In this document: piece after piece, positions 12,008 to 24,129 of the stretch
Position numbering within the stretch: position 1 is the first letter of the stretch
How the letters are laid out: every line of letters begins with the position of its first letter
From: Malacoraja senta
Taxonomy: Eukaryota
Length of the DNA stretch: 44,195 nt
Direction: 5' to 3'
Assembly: GCA_038087875.1 (NCBI GenBank)
Contig: JAXLNO010000341.1
Location: forward strand, 186,001-230,195
Program-made: the position numbers and the translations under genes
The notes under the pieces: generated by a model
Told to the model about the DNA's origin: nothing
Database searches by the model: none
The model's input: only the letters and a program-made list of their open reading frames with translations

Positions 12008-12451
12008 TGTGGGAAGGAACTGCAGATGCTGGTTTAAATTGAAGATAGACACAAATGCAGGAGTAACTCAGCGGGACTGGCAGCATCTCTGGAGAGAAAG
12101 AATGGATGATGTTTCAGTCTGAAGTAGGGTCTCGACCCGAAACGTCACCCATTCGACCCGAAACGTCACCCTGTCCCACTTGGCCGTCATTTACACAACA
12201 GGCCGGTGGCGTGCGAAGATTTCGTACAGGACGAAATCGTAGTGTGCTGCACGATACCGTGCGCAACTCTACACTCCTCTATGCCACTCCATGTGCCCGT
12301 CCCGCGCTACCACACGCTACCCGCACGCTACCCACACGCTACCAGGTCGCGTAAATGCCGTGCAAATGACGGCCAAGAGGGACAGGCCCTTAACTCCAGC
12401 TTTTTGTGTCTGTCTTTGGTTTAAGCAAGCATCTGCAGTTCCTTCCTACAC
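12008..12451. mobile_element. Penelope-derived palindromic element interrupted by a MITE
   Basis: family motifs at 12008-12168 and 12393-12451. Confidence 0.75.
12169..12390. mobile_element. PIF/Harbinger-type MITE, left tip clipped
   Basis: inverted termini cctgtcccacttggccgtcattt / aaatgacggccaagagggacaggccct followed by TAA. Confidence 0.75.
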
Positions 12452-12746
12452 ATTAGAATTTATTAAATCTTTTCACCATTCCCCAATAACACAGATGGGC
12501 TATTGGCACACGTTCTTCCTCCAGACAAGGCAGATGATGTTATTTACTTGAAACATATAGAACTACAAGGATTATTTGTTTGCTTTTAAATATATTATTT
12601 AAAGGATAAACATTTGAAACAAATACATGAATCAGCAATCCTACTGCCTAAAGTTGTACAGCCGCAGCTCCCTGCACGGAACACTGTCCCTGGTCTTTTA
12701 TGCTTCTTTATCTAATTATTGATTTCACCTAAAGAAATATTATTAA

Positions 12747-12880
12747 TGTACAGGAAGGAACTGCAGATGCTGGTATAAACTGAAGATAGACACAAAAAGC
12801 TGGAGTAACTCAGCAGGTCAGACAGTATCTCTGGAGAAAAGGAATAGGTGACGTTTCGGGTCAAGACCCTTCTTCAGACT
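12747..12880 (-). mobile_element. Penelope pLTR half-copy with intact hammerhead core
   Basis: minus strand CTGAAGAAGGGTCTTGACCCGAAACGTC at 12850-12877. Confidence 0.8.
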
Positions 12881-12884
12881 AACT

Positions 12885-13590
12885 AATCTACACTCTGGGC
12901 ACAATGCCTCAGAAGGCAGTGGAGGCCAATTCTCTGGATGCTTTCAAGAGAGAGTTATGTAGCGGCAAATTTTTATATCGTTCAAGAGATTACTCCCTCT
13001 AGCCACTAAAGTGGACTACATGATTAAGGAGAATGTCGTTATACCCATGTGAGCTTTCCATGAGACCCTCAGACCTTCTTCACAGATAAATCTTCATAAC
13101 ACAGTCATTTGATTAATAGATTCTTTATTGTTGATGAAAAACAATAAGGTACATCCACCTTCTTCTGACTCATACACTATAATCTTCATCGAACTTCAGC
13201 ATACCGCTTTAAAGGTTAGAAAACTCCTCGTGTCTCCGTTACACTTCGCGTGGTCAAAGGTATGCCTTCCTCATGCAAGTCCAAAACTAACTAAAACCTA
13301 AGCTATTGCGCAAGAAATTTAGCTCAAAACACGCCCTAGAATATGTAATAAATCCCACCCACATAATAGCAGGCAGTCTAAAGTCTAAAGGCACATGCCA
13401 TAATTAATGACACACAAAATAAGCCAAATGGCCACTACAAGTTAGATAGAGCTCTTAGAGATAGTGACGTCAAGGGATATGGGGAGAGTTCAGGAAAGGG
13501 GTACTGATTGTGGATGATCAGCCATGATCACAGCTGGCTCGAAGGGCTGAATGGCCTACTCCTGCACCCATTGTCTATTGTCTATTGTCT
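12885..13590 (+). mobile_element. CR1-type LINE 3' end split by a solo LTR
   Basis: PQKAVEANSLDAFKRELDRAL continues across the insertion; (ctattgt)n tail. Confidence 0.85.
12958..13439 (-). mobile_element. Solo LTR, 482 bp
   Basis: TGTAGCGGC...GCCACTACA inverted termini; 5-bp TSD agtta at 12953-12957 and 13440-13444; AATAAA on the minus strand. Confidence 0.85.
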
Positions 13591-13654
13591 AAATCTACAT
13601 CTGCCATTGCCTACAGTGAGCAATTACAGATTATTTCCAGGAAATTTTCAAATA

Positions 13655-14096
13655 TAGGTCCACCACTGATTTTCCAGCAACTGGTGGTCCGACCCCTCCT
13701 TTAATCCAGACAAAATCTCCCCCCCAGAAGCCCACCTAAAAATGTGGCAACTAAACTGGGTGAGGGGGCTGATCTTGACCTCATCGGGACTTCCGTGCCG
13801 ACCGGCGGGACGAATTTGTCCCCTGCAGCCAGGGCTCTGGAACTCCAGCCCAGCCCGAGCCGGCAGATCCGTTCCCATAGCCAACTTCCGTGACCAACTT
13901 TGCGGGTCGAATTTTGCCGCCTGCCGGGCCTCTGGAACTCCGGCCTGGCTGGAGCCAGCTGATCCGTTCCCACAACCGACTTCCGCGGCAGACCTTGCGG
14001 GTCGGCCTCTCAAGGCCGTAATCTCTGTTGGTTCAGCAAACTGATAATCCAGAAAGGCTTGAAACCAAGGGTGCTGGAAAATTGGTGGTTGACCTG
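13655..14096. mobile_element. Tc1/mariner (pogo/Tigger-like) MITE with GC-rich internal duplication
   Basis: imperfect TIRs aggtccaccactgattttccagca / tgctggaaaattggtggttgacctg; TA on the left, CA (decayed TA) on the right. Confidence 0.65.
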
Positions 14097-14439
14097 CATT
14101 TATATCCTGGTGCAGATTAATTGAATCAATTCCATTCAGATCTTACAAGACAATTGAGTTCTTCCTTTCATTATCATTGCAATTTATATCTATAGTACAT
14201 GCAATGTTCACTATGGTTCTTTATCTTTGTCTCCATATGGCATGGAATGGACCAGATTCAGACAGTTTCCGAATATTTTTTCGTCTCGATACCTCACGTG
14301 AAGGACGGCCTCACTGAGCTTCTGTCTCGTGGTGCAGTCCTTTCCTTTCCGTCTCTCCTTGATAATAGGCCACAAATCCATCCTCGTCTTTTTTGAGTTC
14401 CTATTGGTTCCTTTCGTGATTTAGGTTAGTCTCATTTTT

Positions 14440-14707
14440 AATTTTAGTTTTAGAGATACAGCGCGGAAACAGGCCTTTCAGCTCACATTAACTCTGACCC
14501 TACACACACTGGGGACAATTTTACATTTTACTAAACCAATTAACCTACAAACCTGTAAGTCTTTGGAGTGATGGAGGAATCCAAAGATCTCGATGAATGC
14601 CCATGCGGGTCACAGAGAGAACGTACAGACAGCACCCATAGTCAGGACCGCACCCTGGCCTCTGGCGCTGTAAGGCAGTAGCTCTGCAGCTACGTCACCG
14701 TGTACCC
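14440..14707 (-). mobile_element. V-SINE (HE1-like), decayed
   Basis: reverse complement of tRNA head, V-domain and tail. Confidence 0.85.
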
Positions 14708-14734
14708 TATTTCTGTTGGATTCTCCATTTCCAG

Positions 14735-14973
14735 TGTAGGAAGGAACTGAAGATGCTGTTTAACATCGAAGATAGGCACAAAATAACTGGAGCAACTCAG
14801 TGGGACCAGTAGCATCTCTGGAGAGAAGGAACGGGTGATGTTTTGGGTTGAGACCATTCTTCAGAATCATAGTCTTCAGTCAGAAGAAGAGTCAAGACCT
14901 GAACCGTCACCCATTCCTTCTCTCCAGAGATTCTGCTTGTCCCACTGAGTTACTCCAGCATTTTGTGTCTATC
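14735..14973. mobile_element. Penelope-derived palindromic element
   Basis: inverted halves; about 15-bp direct repeat ctccatt(t/c)ccagtgt on both flanks. Confidence 0.85.
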
Positions 14974-15452
14974 CTCCATTCCCAGTGTTCTGATTTGTTG
15001 CCGTACAGCACTTATTAATTTTTTCCACGCTACACTGGAATTTTGAAATATCCCACTATCTCACTGAAGGCAATTTTCATAGAAATCACTGGAAATTAGT
15101 ACTCACAGAATGAAAAATGACCAGATGAACTTTTTTAAGAGAGATTTATAGGGTTTCAGAAAATATATAAGAACAAATGGCAGACATAGAAACTCATTAT
15201 ATGAAAAAATAGCAAAACCAGCCTATGATTTAATTAATTTTCACAAGGATGTTCACCCAGCAGGTGATGCTTTACATCAAGAATCAACATCCATAAATAA
15301 GCCATTTTCCATAAATTGAACATACCTGTGGGAAATTAATTGTAATCATTTATGCTAGAAACAGAAACAAATTGCTCGTGAATTTCCAGGGACTTCATTA
15401 TGGTCTATGCACCAAGGACTTACATCTTCATAACTTGAACATTCTACTTTCT

Positions 15453-15797
15453 GAGATAGACACAAAAAGCTGGAGTAACTCAGCGGGTCAGACAGTATCT
15501 CTGGAGAAAAGGAATAGGTGATGTTTCAGGTTGAGACCCGTCGCCTATTCCTTTTCTCCAGAGATACTGTCTAACCCGCTGAGTTACTCCAGCTTTTCGG
15601 TTTAAACCAGCATCAGCAATTCCTTCCGACACGAATAGTTAGAGGAGGTTCCGACTGAAGACTGAAGTCTGGTGAAGGATCTCGACCCGAAACGTCACCT
15701 ATTCCTTTTTTCTAGCGATGCGGTCTGACCCGCGGAGTTACTCCAGCTTTTTGTGTCTATCTTCGGTTTATACCAGCATCTGCAGTTCCTTCCTACA
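15453..15797. mobile_element. Compound Penelope-derived element (palindrome plus tandem half)
   Basis: three pLTR segments, one inverted and two direct. Confidence 0.8.
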
Positions 15798-16620
15798 CAT
15801 TTCCACTTTCCAGTCTTGTTAAAAAGTTCTGCTACATGCAAGGAATAAAAATAAACATTCTGAAATGTTTGCTAAGATAACTTTCTAAAACATTTTTTAC
15901 ATGTATATCTCTACAGCTTCACAGCTTTTCATTAATCTGTCATATGCATGAAACGTAATTCTGTTAGTTATATTAACTGTTCTTTGCAGTGTACTGATCC
16001 AAACAGCTCATTTACAATGCAAAAACATGTAGATGAATAATAATTAATGAAAGATAAGAAAGAGAATAGTAATTATAAATGTTACTGCAAGTTTGTAACA
16101 TAAACCACCTGTATTCAATTATAATGTGACTCATCCAGACTAATCAATATTGCCCTTTGATTGGAATTTTTATTGTAGATTATTCGTTAGCAACTCACAC
16201 ATGTCCAAAGCTTCAGAGGCAATCATGGGTTCATAGATTAATGTGATTGAACTCATTTAAAATAACTAGTTATGAAAACTTAACAAGCAGTTACAAACAG
16301 CAATTTCACATTGATATGTTCAATGTTCCATAATCATAATTAGAGTCCTAGAAAATTGGAACACAGATGGAGACCATCTGGGCCATTGTGCTTCTGTCAG
16401 TTAAGAAAACCTAATTCCACTTTCTAGCATTTGGTCCTTAGCCCTGAAGGCCACAGATCTCTAAATACATACCCAAGTACAGCACGCTTCAAGCTGCCTC
16501 GGAAAATCAGCCAATATAATCAAGGACCATGCACACTCCAATCATTCTCTCCTCCCATCTCCCGTTGGACAGAAGATACTTTGGCTTGAAAGCATGTATT
16601 AGCAGATTCAAGAACAGCTT

Positions 16621-17190
16621 TGAGTGACATTGTTGAACCCTTGGTTAAATTTGATAAGACTTGGGGAAACTTATTGGTCACTTTCATACAACATAAATTG
16701 CTCCCTCTTTAACCGTTATAAAAATTATTTTACCTCTGTAGGGTGGAACGGACTTGACGACAAACAGACTTAAATTGTTGAAATTCTCAGTTCAGATTCT
16801 GTTTTGCTTTGCTTAGTTTTTTTAATTTATTTTATTTTTATTCTTATTTTATTATTATTTTTTTTTTTTGTCTTTAGTTTAGGGGGGTTTTGTTTTTTCC
16901 TTTTATCCTTTTCTTTTTGTCTTTTTATCTTGTGTTTTTTTTTACATTTATAAGTTTTCTATTAAAGATTTAACTATATTTACATAGAGACTGGGAGATC
17001 TATATTCAATGTGTATTTTGACACTGGACTCATATTAGGTTATACCTGTTATTAATGTAATTCTGATCCCTATGTATCAATATCATTGTTATGTTAATCA
17101 TTATTCTTTTTGCTCTGTTTTTTATGTTTTATTTTTGGGGGGTTTTGGGAAAAAAAAGCAATAAAAAGATTTTAAAAGAAAGAAAGAAAC
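16621..17190 (+). mobile_element. L1-clade 3' end inserted in an old Rex-type tail (about 16480-17290)
   Basis: KFDKTW ORF2 end, T-rich UTR, aataaa plus A-rich tail; TSD aacagctt at 16613-16620 and 17191-17198. Confidence 0.75.
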
Positions 17191-17299
17191 AACAGCTTCT
17201 TCTCTGCTGTAATCTATCTATAGGATGGACCTCTCATATGCTGAGGTTGTAGTCCCAATCTATCAGTCTACCTCATAGTGGCCCTTGCATTTTTTAAAT

Positions 17300-17398
17300 C
17301 AGTCTGAAGAAGGTTTCTGACCCGAAACGTCACCTATTCCTTTTCTCTAGATATGCTGCCTGGCCCGTTGAGTTATTCCAGCATTTTGTGACTATATT
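17300..17398 (+). mobile_element. Penelope pLTR half-copy
   Basis: ctgaagaaggtttctgacccgaaacgtc at 17304-17331. Confidence 0.8.
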
Positions 17399-17424
17399 CA
17401 GCACTCTGTTTTCATTCTCTATAT

Positions 17425-18050
17425 TAAGTTTATTTGGTTTACTATTGTCACGTGTACCAAGGTGCAGTGAAAGGCTGTGTTTTGCATGCTATCCAATCCA
17501 ATCAGATAGCGTTATACATAAATACAATCAAGCCAAAGTCAAGTACAATAGGTAGAGCAAGTGGAAAGATACGGAATATAGTTCTCAGCATTGTAGTGCA
17601 CCAGTTCCAGAGACAAAATCTAATGTCTGCAATGGGATAGAGGTGAATCGGACATACCCTAGTTTATGGAAAGACCGTTCAGAAGGCTGAAAATAGAGGG
17701 CAAGGCTGTTCTGATAGAGTGCGCTTTTAAACTTCTGTAACATCTGCCCTAAGGAAGTATGGCAAAGAAGGAATGACTGGGGAAGGACAGGTCTTTGATT
17801 ATGTTGAAACACAGAGTAGAAACAAGGTAATGTACTGTAGATACGGGTTAACAAAGAAAAAGACACAGTGCGAAAGTAAGTCAATGGGTCAGGCAGCATT
17901 CCCGGAAAATATGGAATGGTGACGTTTTGGGTTGGGACCCTACTTCCGACAGCTTATGTTGGCTGTTCTTCCAAGGCAGTGTGACATGTAGGTGTAGTGA
18001 ATGGTGGAGGAGTCTGGCCCGTGTGATGGACTTGAAATGGTGAAATTGAC
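17425..18050 (-). mobile_element. Old Rex-type LINE 3' end with a nested Penelope fragment (about 17858-17950)
   Basis: reverse complement of the ttcactgcaccttggtacacgtgacaata tail. Confidence 0.65.
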
Positions 18051-18214
18051 AGACTATATTTTTAAGGGGATAATGGTGTCTGTTAACTGAGGGGAGGTTA
18101 AATGGCAAAAGTCTTTTTCCAAGACATCTTTTATTCTATTTGTCAATTTCCAAAGCAACGTTTAAGTGTTTCTCGAGTTCCAGATTGAAATCACGTTTTA
18201 AAGAATTTGTATAA

Positions 18215-19072
18215 TAGAGATAGACACAAAATGCTTGAGAAACTCAGCGCGACACGCAATAGACTCTGGGGAACATAGATAGGTGACGTTTCTGGTCGGG
18301 ACCCTTCTTCAGACTGATTGTGATGATGGGGGGGGGGGGTGAATAAAGCTTGATGAGAGGAGTGGCAGATCAAAGCCTGGAGAGTGATAGGTAGGTACAG
18401 GATTCTTTATTGATAGACTGATAGTTTGACAAAGGCCCGAAATGAAAGGACGGATGGCATGAGTAAGGATAGTAGAGTTGTAAATTGTGAAGCCAGAGGA
18501 AGGAATGTGAGTGGAAGGGGAAGGGGGAGGGAGAACTGGGTGCAAGTCCGGGTGAGACACAGGGAAGAGGAGGGTGGAAGAGGGGGGAGTGCGGAAGGGG
18601 AAGACCCCCTCCTTCAGCAAGACCAATCTTAGATTCGGCAACCGTTTTTGCCGAACACTTTAATTTGTTTCACCAATACGTACTGGACCTCAATGGGTAC
18701 ATACCCAAGGTAGCTTTTAAACACCTCCTCCCATTCCCACATTGGCTGGAGGAGCAGCACCTCATATTCTGCTTGGGTAGATTATAATCCAATGGCATGA
18801 ACATTGAATTCTCCAATTTTAGGTAACTAATCCAACTCCCCATCTACACCCCTTCACCCCCCCCACCCCCCCAACCCCCCCACCCCCCACCCCCCTCACC
18901 CCCCCCGACCCCCCCCACTCATCCCACCCTATCTTCACTGTGCCCCACTCTCTTTCCCACCCACCCTCTTTCCCCTGTCCCCCACCTGGACTCGCATCCA
19001 TATCTTGCCTCCCCCTTCCCTTCCACCTATATTCCTTCCACAAGCTTCACAATTCCAAACTCTTATCTAACA
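18215..19072. mobile_element. Penelope-like element: inverted pLTR, GIY-YIG relic, direct pLTR
   Basis: 18615-18825 resembles 4575-4825; 18400-18600 is an inverted copy of 18930-19070. Confidence 0.75.
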
Positions 19073-19077
19073 CTTTA

Positions 19078-19590
19078 TGGAGCGCTAGTATGGGTGTTGT
19101 GGGCTGAAGGGTTTCCAGAGGGCTAGTATGGACATTGTGGGCCAAATGGATTAGTGGGCTGGCACTCAGTCACTCGGGCCTGGTGGGCTGGCAGCTCAGT
19201 CACTTGGGCCTGGTGGGCTGGCCAGCTCAGTCTCTCGGGCTTGGTGGGCTGGCAGCTCAGGCCTGGTGGGCTGGCAGCTCAGTCACTCAGGCCTGGTGAG
19301 CTGTCAGCTCAGGCCTGGTGGGCTGGCAGCTCAGTCACTCAGGCCTGCTGGACTGGCAGTTCAGTCACTCACGGCTGGTGGGCTGGCAGCCGACTCACTC
19401 ATGGCTGGTGGGCTGGCAGCCGACTCACTCACGGCTGGTGGGCTGGCAGCCGACTCACTCACGGCTGGTGGGCTGGCAGCCATCTCACTCACGACTGGTG
19501 GGCTGGCAACCGACTCACGGCTGGTGGGCTGGCAGCCGACTCACTCACGGCTGGTGGGCTGGCAGTTGACTCACTCACGGCTGATGGGCT
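19078..19590. repeat. Fragment of the element at 43509 onward, with an expanded 30-bp minisatellite
   Basis: gagcgctagtatgggtgttgtgggctgaagg shared with 43629 onward; unit ggctggtgggctggcagccgactcactcac. Confidence 0.85.
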
Positions 19591-19835
19591 CACACACACA
19601 CACGCCTTCCATCACACACACACACCTTCCATCACACACACTCCATCTCACATGCACACAGACACACACTCACACTCACACACACACACACACACCCACA
19701 CACCCACACACCCACACACACCCCCACACACCCACCCTCCATCTCACACGCACACACCCTCCATCTCACACACACACCATCTCTCACACACACAACCACA
19801 CCATCCATCACACACTCTCACACACAACATATATA
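19591..19835. repeat. Compound (CA)n-rich microsatellite
   Basis: direct inspection. Confidence 0.95.
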
Positions 19836-19926
19836 TGACAGTAAAACTCTCTTGAATCTACTCAGGCGGTTGAGCGCGGCCTGAGCGGGACTTCCATAGT
19901 GAGCGGGACTTCCGGAATGAGCGTGA

Positions 19927-20625
19927 CATTCAGTTCAAGCAGCACAGTACAGACCAACCCTTCAATCAGTTCAAGCAGCATAGTGCATACATAGAAACAT
20001 AGAAACATAGAAAATAGGTGCAGGAGTAGGCCATTCGGCCCTTCGAGCCTGCACCACCATTCAATATGGTCATGGCTGATCACCCAACTCAGTATCCCGT
20101 ACCTGCCTTCTCTCCATACCCCCTGATCCCTTTAGCCACAAGGGCCACATCTAACTCCCTCTTAAATATAGCCAATGAACTGGCCTCAACTACATTCTGT
20201 GGCAGAGAGTTCCAGAGATTCACCACTCTCTGTGTGAAAAAAGTTTTTCTCATCTCGGTCCTAAAGGATTTCCCCTCTATCCTTAAGCTGTGACCCCTTG
20301 TCGTGGACTTCCCCAACATCGGAAACAATCTTCCTGCATCTAGCCTGTCCAACCCCTTGAGAATTTTGTAAGTTTCTATAAGATCCCCCCTCAATCTCCT
20401 AAATTCTAGCGAGTACAAGCCGGGTCTATCCAGTCTTTCTTCATATGAAAGTCCTGACATCCCAGGAATCAGTCTCAATTCAGTTCAAGCAGCACAGTGC
20501 AGACCAACCCTTCAATTCAGTTCAAGCAGCACAGTGCAGACCAACCCTTCAATTCAGTTCAAGCAGCACAGTGCAGACCAACCCTTCAATTCAGTTCAAG
20601 CAGCACAGTGCAGACTCACAGTTCA
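19927..20625. repeat. 37-bp tandem repeat split by a CR1 insertion
   Basis: unit ttcaattcagttcaagcagcacagtgcagaccaaccc; about 1.7 copies left and about 4 right. Confidence 0.9.
19988..20473 (-). mobile_element. Young CR1 (HER1-like) LINE 3' fragment
   Basis: open ORF2 end LSYEERL..LYSLEFRRLRGDLIETYKI...FFTQRVVNLWNSLP; (ttctatgt)n tail. Confidence 0.95.
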
Positions 20626-22069
20626 GTTCACTTACGGCGTAGACTCACAGTTGTGGACTCAACTCTCACGGTTAAAGATAGTCCAAAGGTCTCCAGTGAG
20701 TTGGATCGTAGGTCAGTTGTTGTTGTTGTTGTTTATATTTGTTGATAGGATGGTTCAGTTGCCTGATAACAGATGGGGAAAAACTGTCCCTTAATCTGTA
20801 ATCTGTAAATGTAATAAACTTTCATATATTTGTATCTCCCTACATTTGCTTTAAAAATATTCAAACATTCTGCTTGTCAGCTGATTGAGGCTGAATTTGA
20901 AAGATTCACAATCCTCCAACAAAAAACTTCACCTCTTTCTTAAATGGGTGATGTTGTACTTTTAAACATCAAGCCCTGATTCAAGGGGAAACCTTCTCTC
21001 CTCATCCACCCTGTTAAGATTTCCCATGTCTTGTATATTTTAATCACATCCCTTCTCATTCTCCAAAACACCAGAGGATGTGAACAAAGCTTATTGAGCC
21101 ATTTCACCTTCTCTGAACGGGTTGCAATGTTTTAAATGTTCTTGCTTGGATAAACAGACCAATACTCACAATATTCCATATGTGGTCTCAACAATGCTTT
21201 CTATATCTGAAGATAACAACCTTGTTCATTTTGTATTCAGTACCTCTTGCAATAACCAAAATAACCAGCTGCAAAATAAAAACATTCCTGTAGTTTTGTT
21301 TTAATTCCTTGCCATCCATAATTATCTTTGCTCCCTGTCACTGAGCCAATTTTGGATCATAATTATAAGACACTTGGCATGTATGTTCCAGTTGCATTAT
21401 ATATGGAAAATAAGGCTCATGTACTTTTTTATATACTATTCTGACACCTCATATTGTATCATAGATTAGCAGATTATTATCTTCAGCCTCAGCAATTCTT
21501 TGTTTGTGTATATATACATTAACAATCACCAGAGTTCAAATTCCCAATTCTCAGAGCAAATGGCATTTTAAATGTTAAAAAGCACAATCCCAATTCATGC
21601 ATAGAACACAAAATGCTGGAGTAACTTAGCGGACTGGGCAGCATTTCTGGAGGACATCAATGCCCCCAAGATTACAGCACTTGCAGTTCCCTGTGTCTCT
21701 GAATCCCCATTTATTTTCTGTTAAGGGATTTCCATATTAATTAATTACAGTTAAAAAAAAATGTTTAACTCAATTTTATGTTTCTTTTCTAACTAGCGAA
21801 GGAAAATACGGGAAAATTAAGCTACTAAGAATTTGAGCTACTTTTTTTAATTCTTTAAGTAGTAAATTAAGAATCCAAACTTGTAGCACAACTAAGTTAA
21901 AAAATGAAAGGAAAAGGCATAAAAAGAAATCAAGTAAGCAAACAACATATTTGTCTTTATCTCATGACCTTTGAAAAATGAAGGCAAGGAAATGATGCTT
22001 CACTTGTATATGTCATGAGTAGATCACATCTGGTGCACTGCTCTCAGTCCTGGGGACTTACTATTTTCA

Positions 22070-22907
22070 CCCTTTTTTATTTTATTTTTTAGTCCTGTTA
22101 AAAAACAAAATGTTAGTTGGAGGTCTTTTATGTGGTGGGTGGGGGAGGGGAAGGGGGAAACTTTATTTCCTAGTCCCTACCTGGTTGGAGAGGCGGCTTC
22201 CCTCTGAGTTGTTTCTTCGCCCCTTCCTCGTGGCCTACCATCGGACTGGAGCGGCGTTTCCTGTCGGGACCGGCCGGGACTACACCTTCGGCGGCGGCAC
22301 AGTGCTGGGTCACCAACATGGAGCGGGCGATGCCCTACCGGGTCGCCGTGCAGTAAGCTCCGGAGTGCTGTGACCGCCGACTCCAACATCAAGGAGCTGC
22401 GGTCTGCGGAGTGTTCAGTCGCGGGCGGCGCTGAATTTGGAACACCGCGGAGCCTGGGATCGAGATCGCTGGGCTTGGAGCACCAACCGGCGCAGCCTGA
22501 GGACTTTGGGTGCCGCGGTCTCCGGGAAGGAGGCAGCGCTCCAGACTTTTCCAAGCCGCTGAGGAATGTTCACCCGACGCCGGAGTTCCAGCTTCACGGC
22601 AAGTGAGTCTGAAAACATCGGACTGGCTGCGGAGGCCACAAATGGGCCCCGACCTCGGGTGGTCACAGAGGAAGAGGACTTAACTTTCTGGTGCCTTTCC
22701 TCACAGTGGAAAATTTTGAGTCTGTTGTGGGGGACGTTTGTGTTGAACTCTATAATGTGTTGTGTCAATTTTTCTTTTTTTTAATCTTTTTCTATGGATG
22801 TACGGAAACTTATTATTTATTTTATGTAAAGCACTTTGGTTTCAACGCGAGTTGATTTAAAATGTGCTATATAAATAAAACGTACTTACTTACTTACTTA
22901 CTTACTA
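22070..22907 (+). mobile_element. Non-autonomous retroelement: GC-rich body plus L2-type 3' tail and (TACT)n
   Basis: tail tgtaaagcactttggtttcaacgcgagttgatttaaaatgtgctatataaataaa matches the L2 tail at 8601-8655. Confidence 0.75.
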
Positions 22908-23224
22908 TTAGGAAGGACAAAGTAGATTGATAAAAAATAAAGGCTCTTACTGACTGAGTGGGATAAATGGCTTATTTTTGTGTCATTACGAAGGACAGGG
23001 AAAATTCTCTGAAATCCAATGCTTTGGCTAGGCAGTGGGAGAGTTGGCTAATTCTTTTACCAGTCAAGCCCACTCTGTTATAAGTGACTGAGGCTTATTT
23101 TATGCACATAATTCAAATACAACTAACCTTCACTTACTGCAGATTTTGGTGGAAATTACTTTCCTTTCATCGGGAGAACTCACTCTTTCTTCCAGCTGTT
23201 TAAAAAGGCTAATAACTATGCTAG

Positions 23225-23512
23225 GTTTAGATTAGAGATACAGTGCAACAACAGGCCCTTCGGCCCACAGTGCCCTCATTGACCAGCAATCCCCTCACAT
23301 TAATGTTATTGTACACATCCTTGGGACAATTTACCAAGCCAATTAACCGACAAACCCCCGTACATCTTTGGAGTGTGGGAGGAAATCGGAGATCTCAGAC
23401 ACAGGTCACGAGAGGAACGTAAAACTCCGTGCAGACGATATCCATAGTCAGGATCGAACCCGGGTCTCTGGCGCTGTAAGGCAGCAACTCTACCGCTGCG
23501 CTACCGTGTCCC
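23225..23512 (-). mobile_element. V-SINE (HE1-like)
   Basis: A and B boxes and V-domain on the minus strand. Confidence 0.9.
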
Positions 23513-23799
23513 ATCTCCCCCACCTCCAACACATTAGCTGACATAGTGCTCTGTTATTGAAAACCAAGGATATAAAGAACAGACGATAGATGAAAAGAGT
23601 GTAGGAGTTTTCAGCAACTTCTGACAGCCATGGCATACTGTTTTTTTAGTGTTGTAAAAGCCATCCACAATCTAAACACCCAAGACCTACAGATAGCCAT
23701 GAATGCAAGTGAATTTGTCAAGGACAGAAAGATAGTTAACTCCAACTAAGGAAACACTTCAAATACCTCTTTCACTATCTCTTCTACTGCGTGTCTGGT

Positions 23800-24100
23800 A
23801 CAGTGTAGAAACAGACCCTTTGACCCACTGAGTCCATACTGGCTATCAATCACCCATACACTAGTTCTATGTTATCCCACTTTCATATCCTGTACACTAT
23901 GGGCAATTTTACCGAAGCATGTTAACCGACAAACCTGCACGTCTTTGGAATGTAGGAATAAACCAGAACACCTGGAGAAAACCCACATGGTCACAGGGAG
24001 AACGTACAAACTCCGCAAAGACAGCACCCGTAGTCAGGAACAAACCCGAGTCTCTGGCTCTGTGAGGCAGTAGTTCCACCACTGCTCCACTGTGCTGCCC
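23800..24100 (-). mobile_element. V-SINE (HE1-like)
   Basis: tRNA-like head and V-domain on the minus strand. Confidence 0.88.
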
Positions 24101-24129
24101 AGAAGGGAGCACACTTTTAACTCCACCTA

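Noticed and set aside
14205..14400. CpG-containing segment with a 56-aa minus-strand ORF (MDLWPIIK...)
   Set aside because: No recognisable homology or convincing splice sites
19154..19855. 233-aa ORF with repeated THGWWAGSRL and HT runs
   Set aside because: Translation of minisatellite and (CA)n; no coding evidence
19927..20625. 37-bp repeats of CRISPR-like length
   Set aside because: Units are head-to-tail with no unique spacers, there are no cas genes, and the context is eukaryotic; this is a minisatellite
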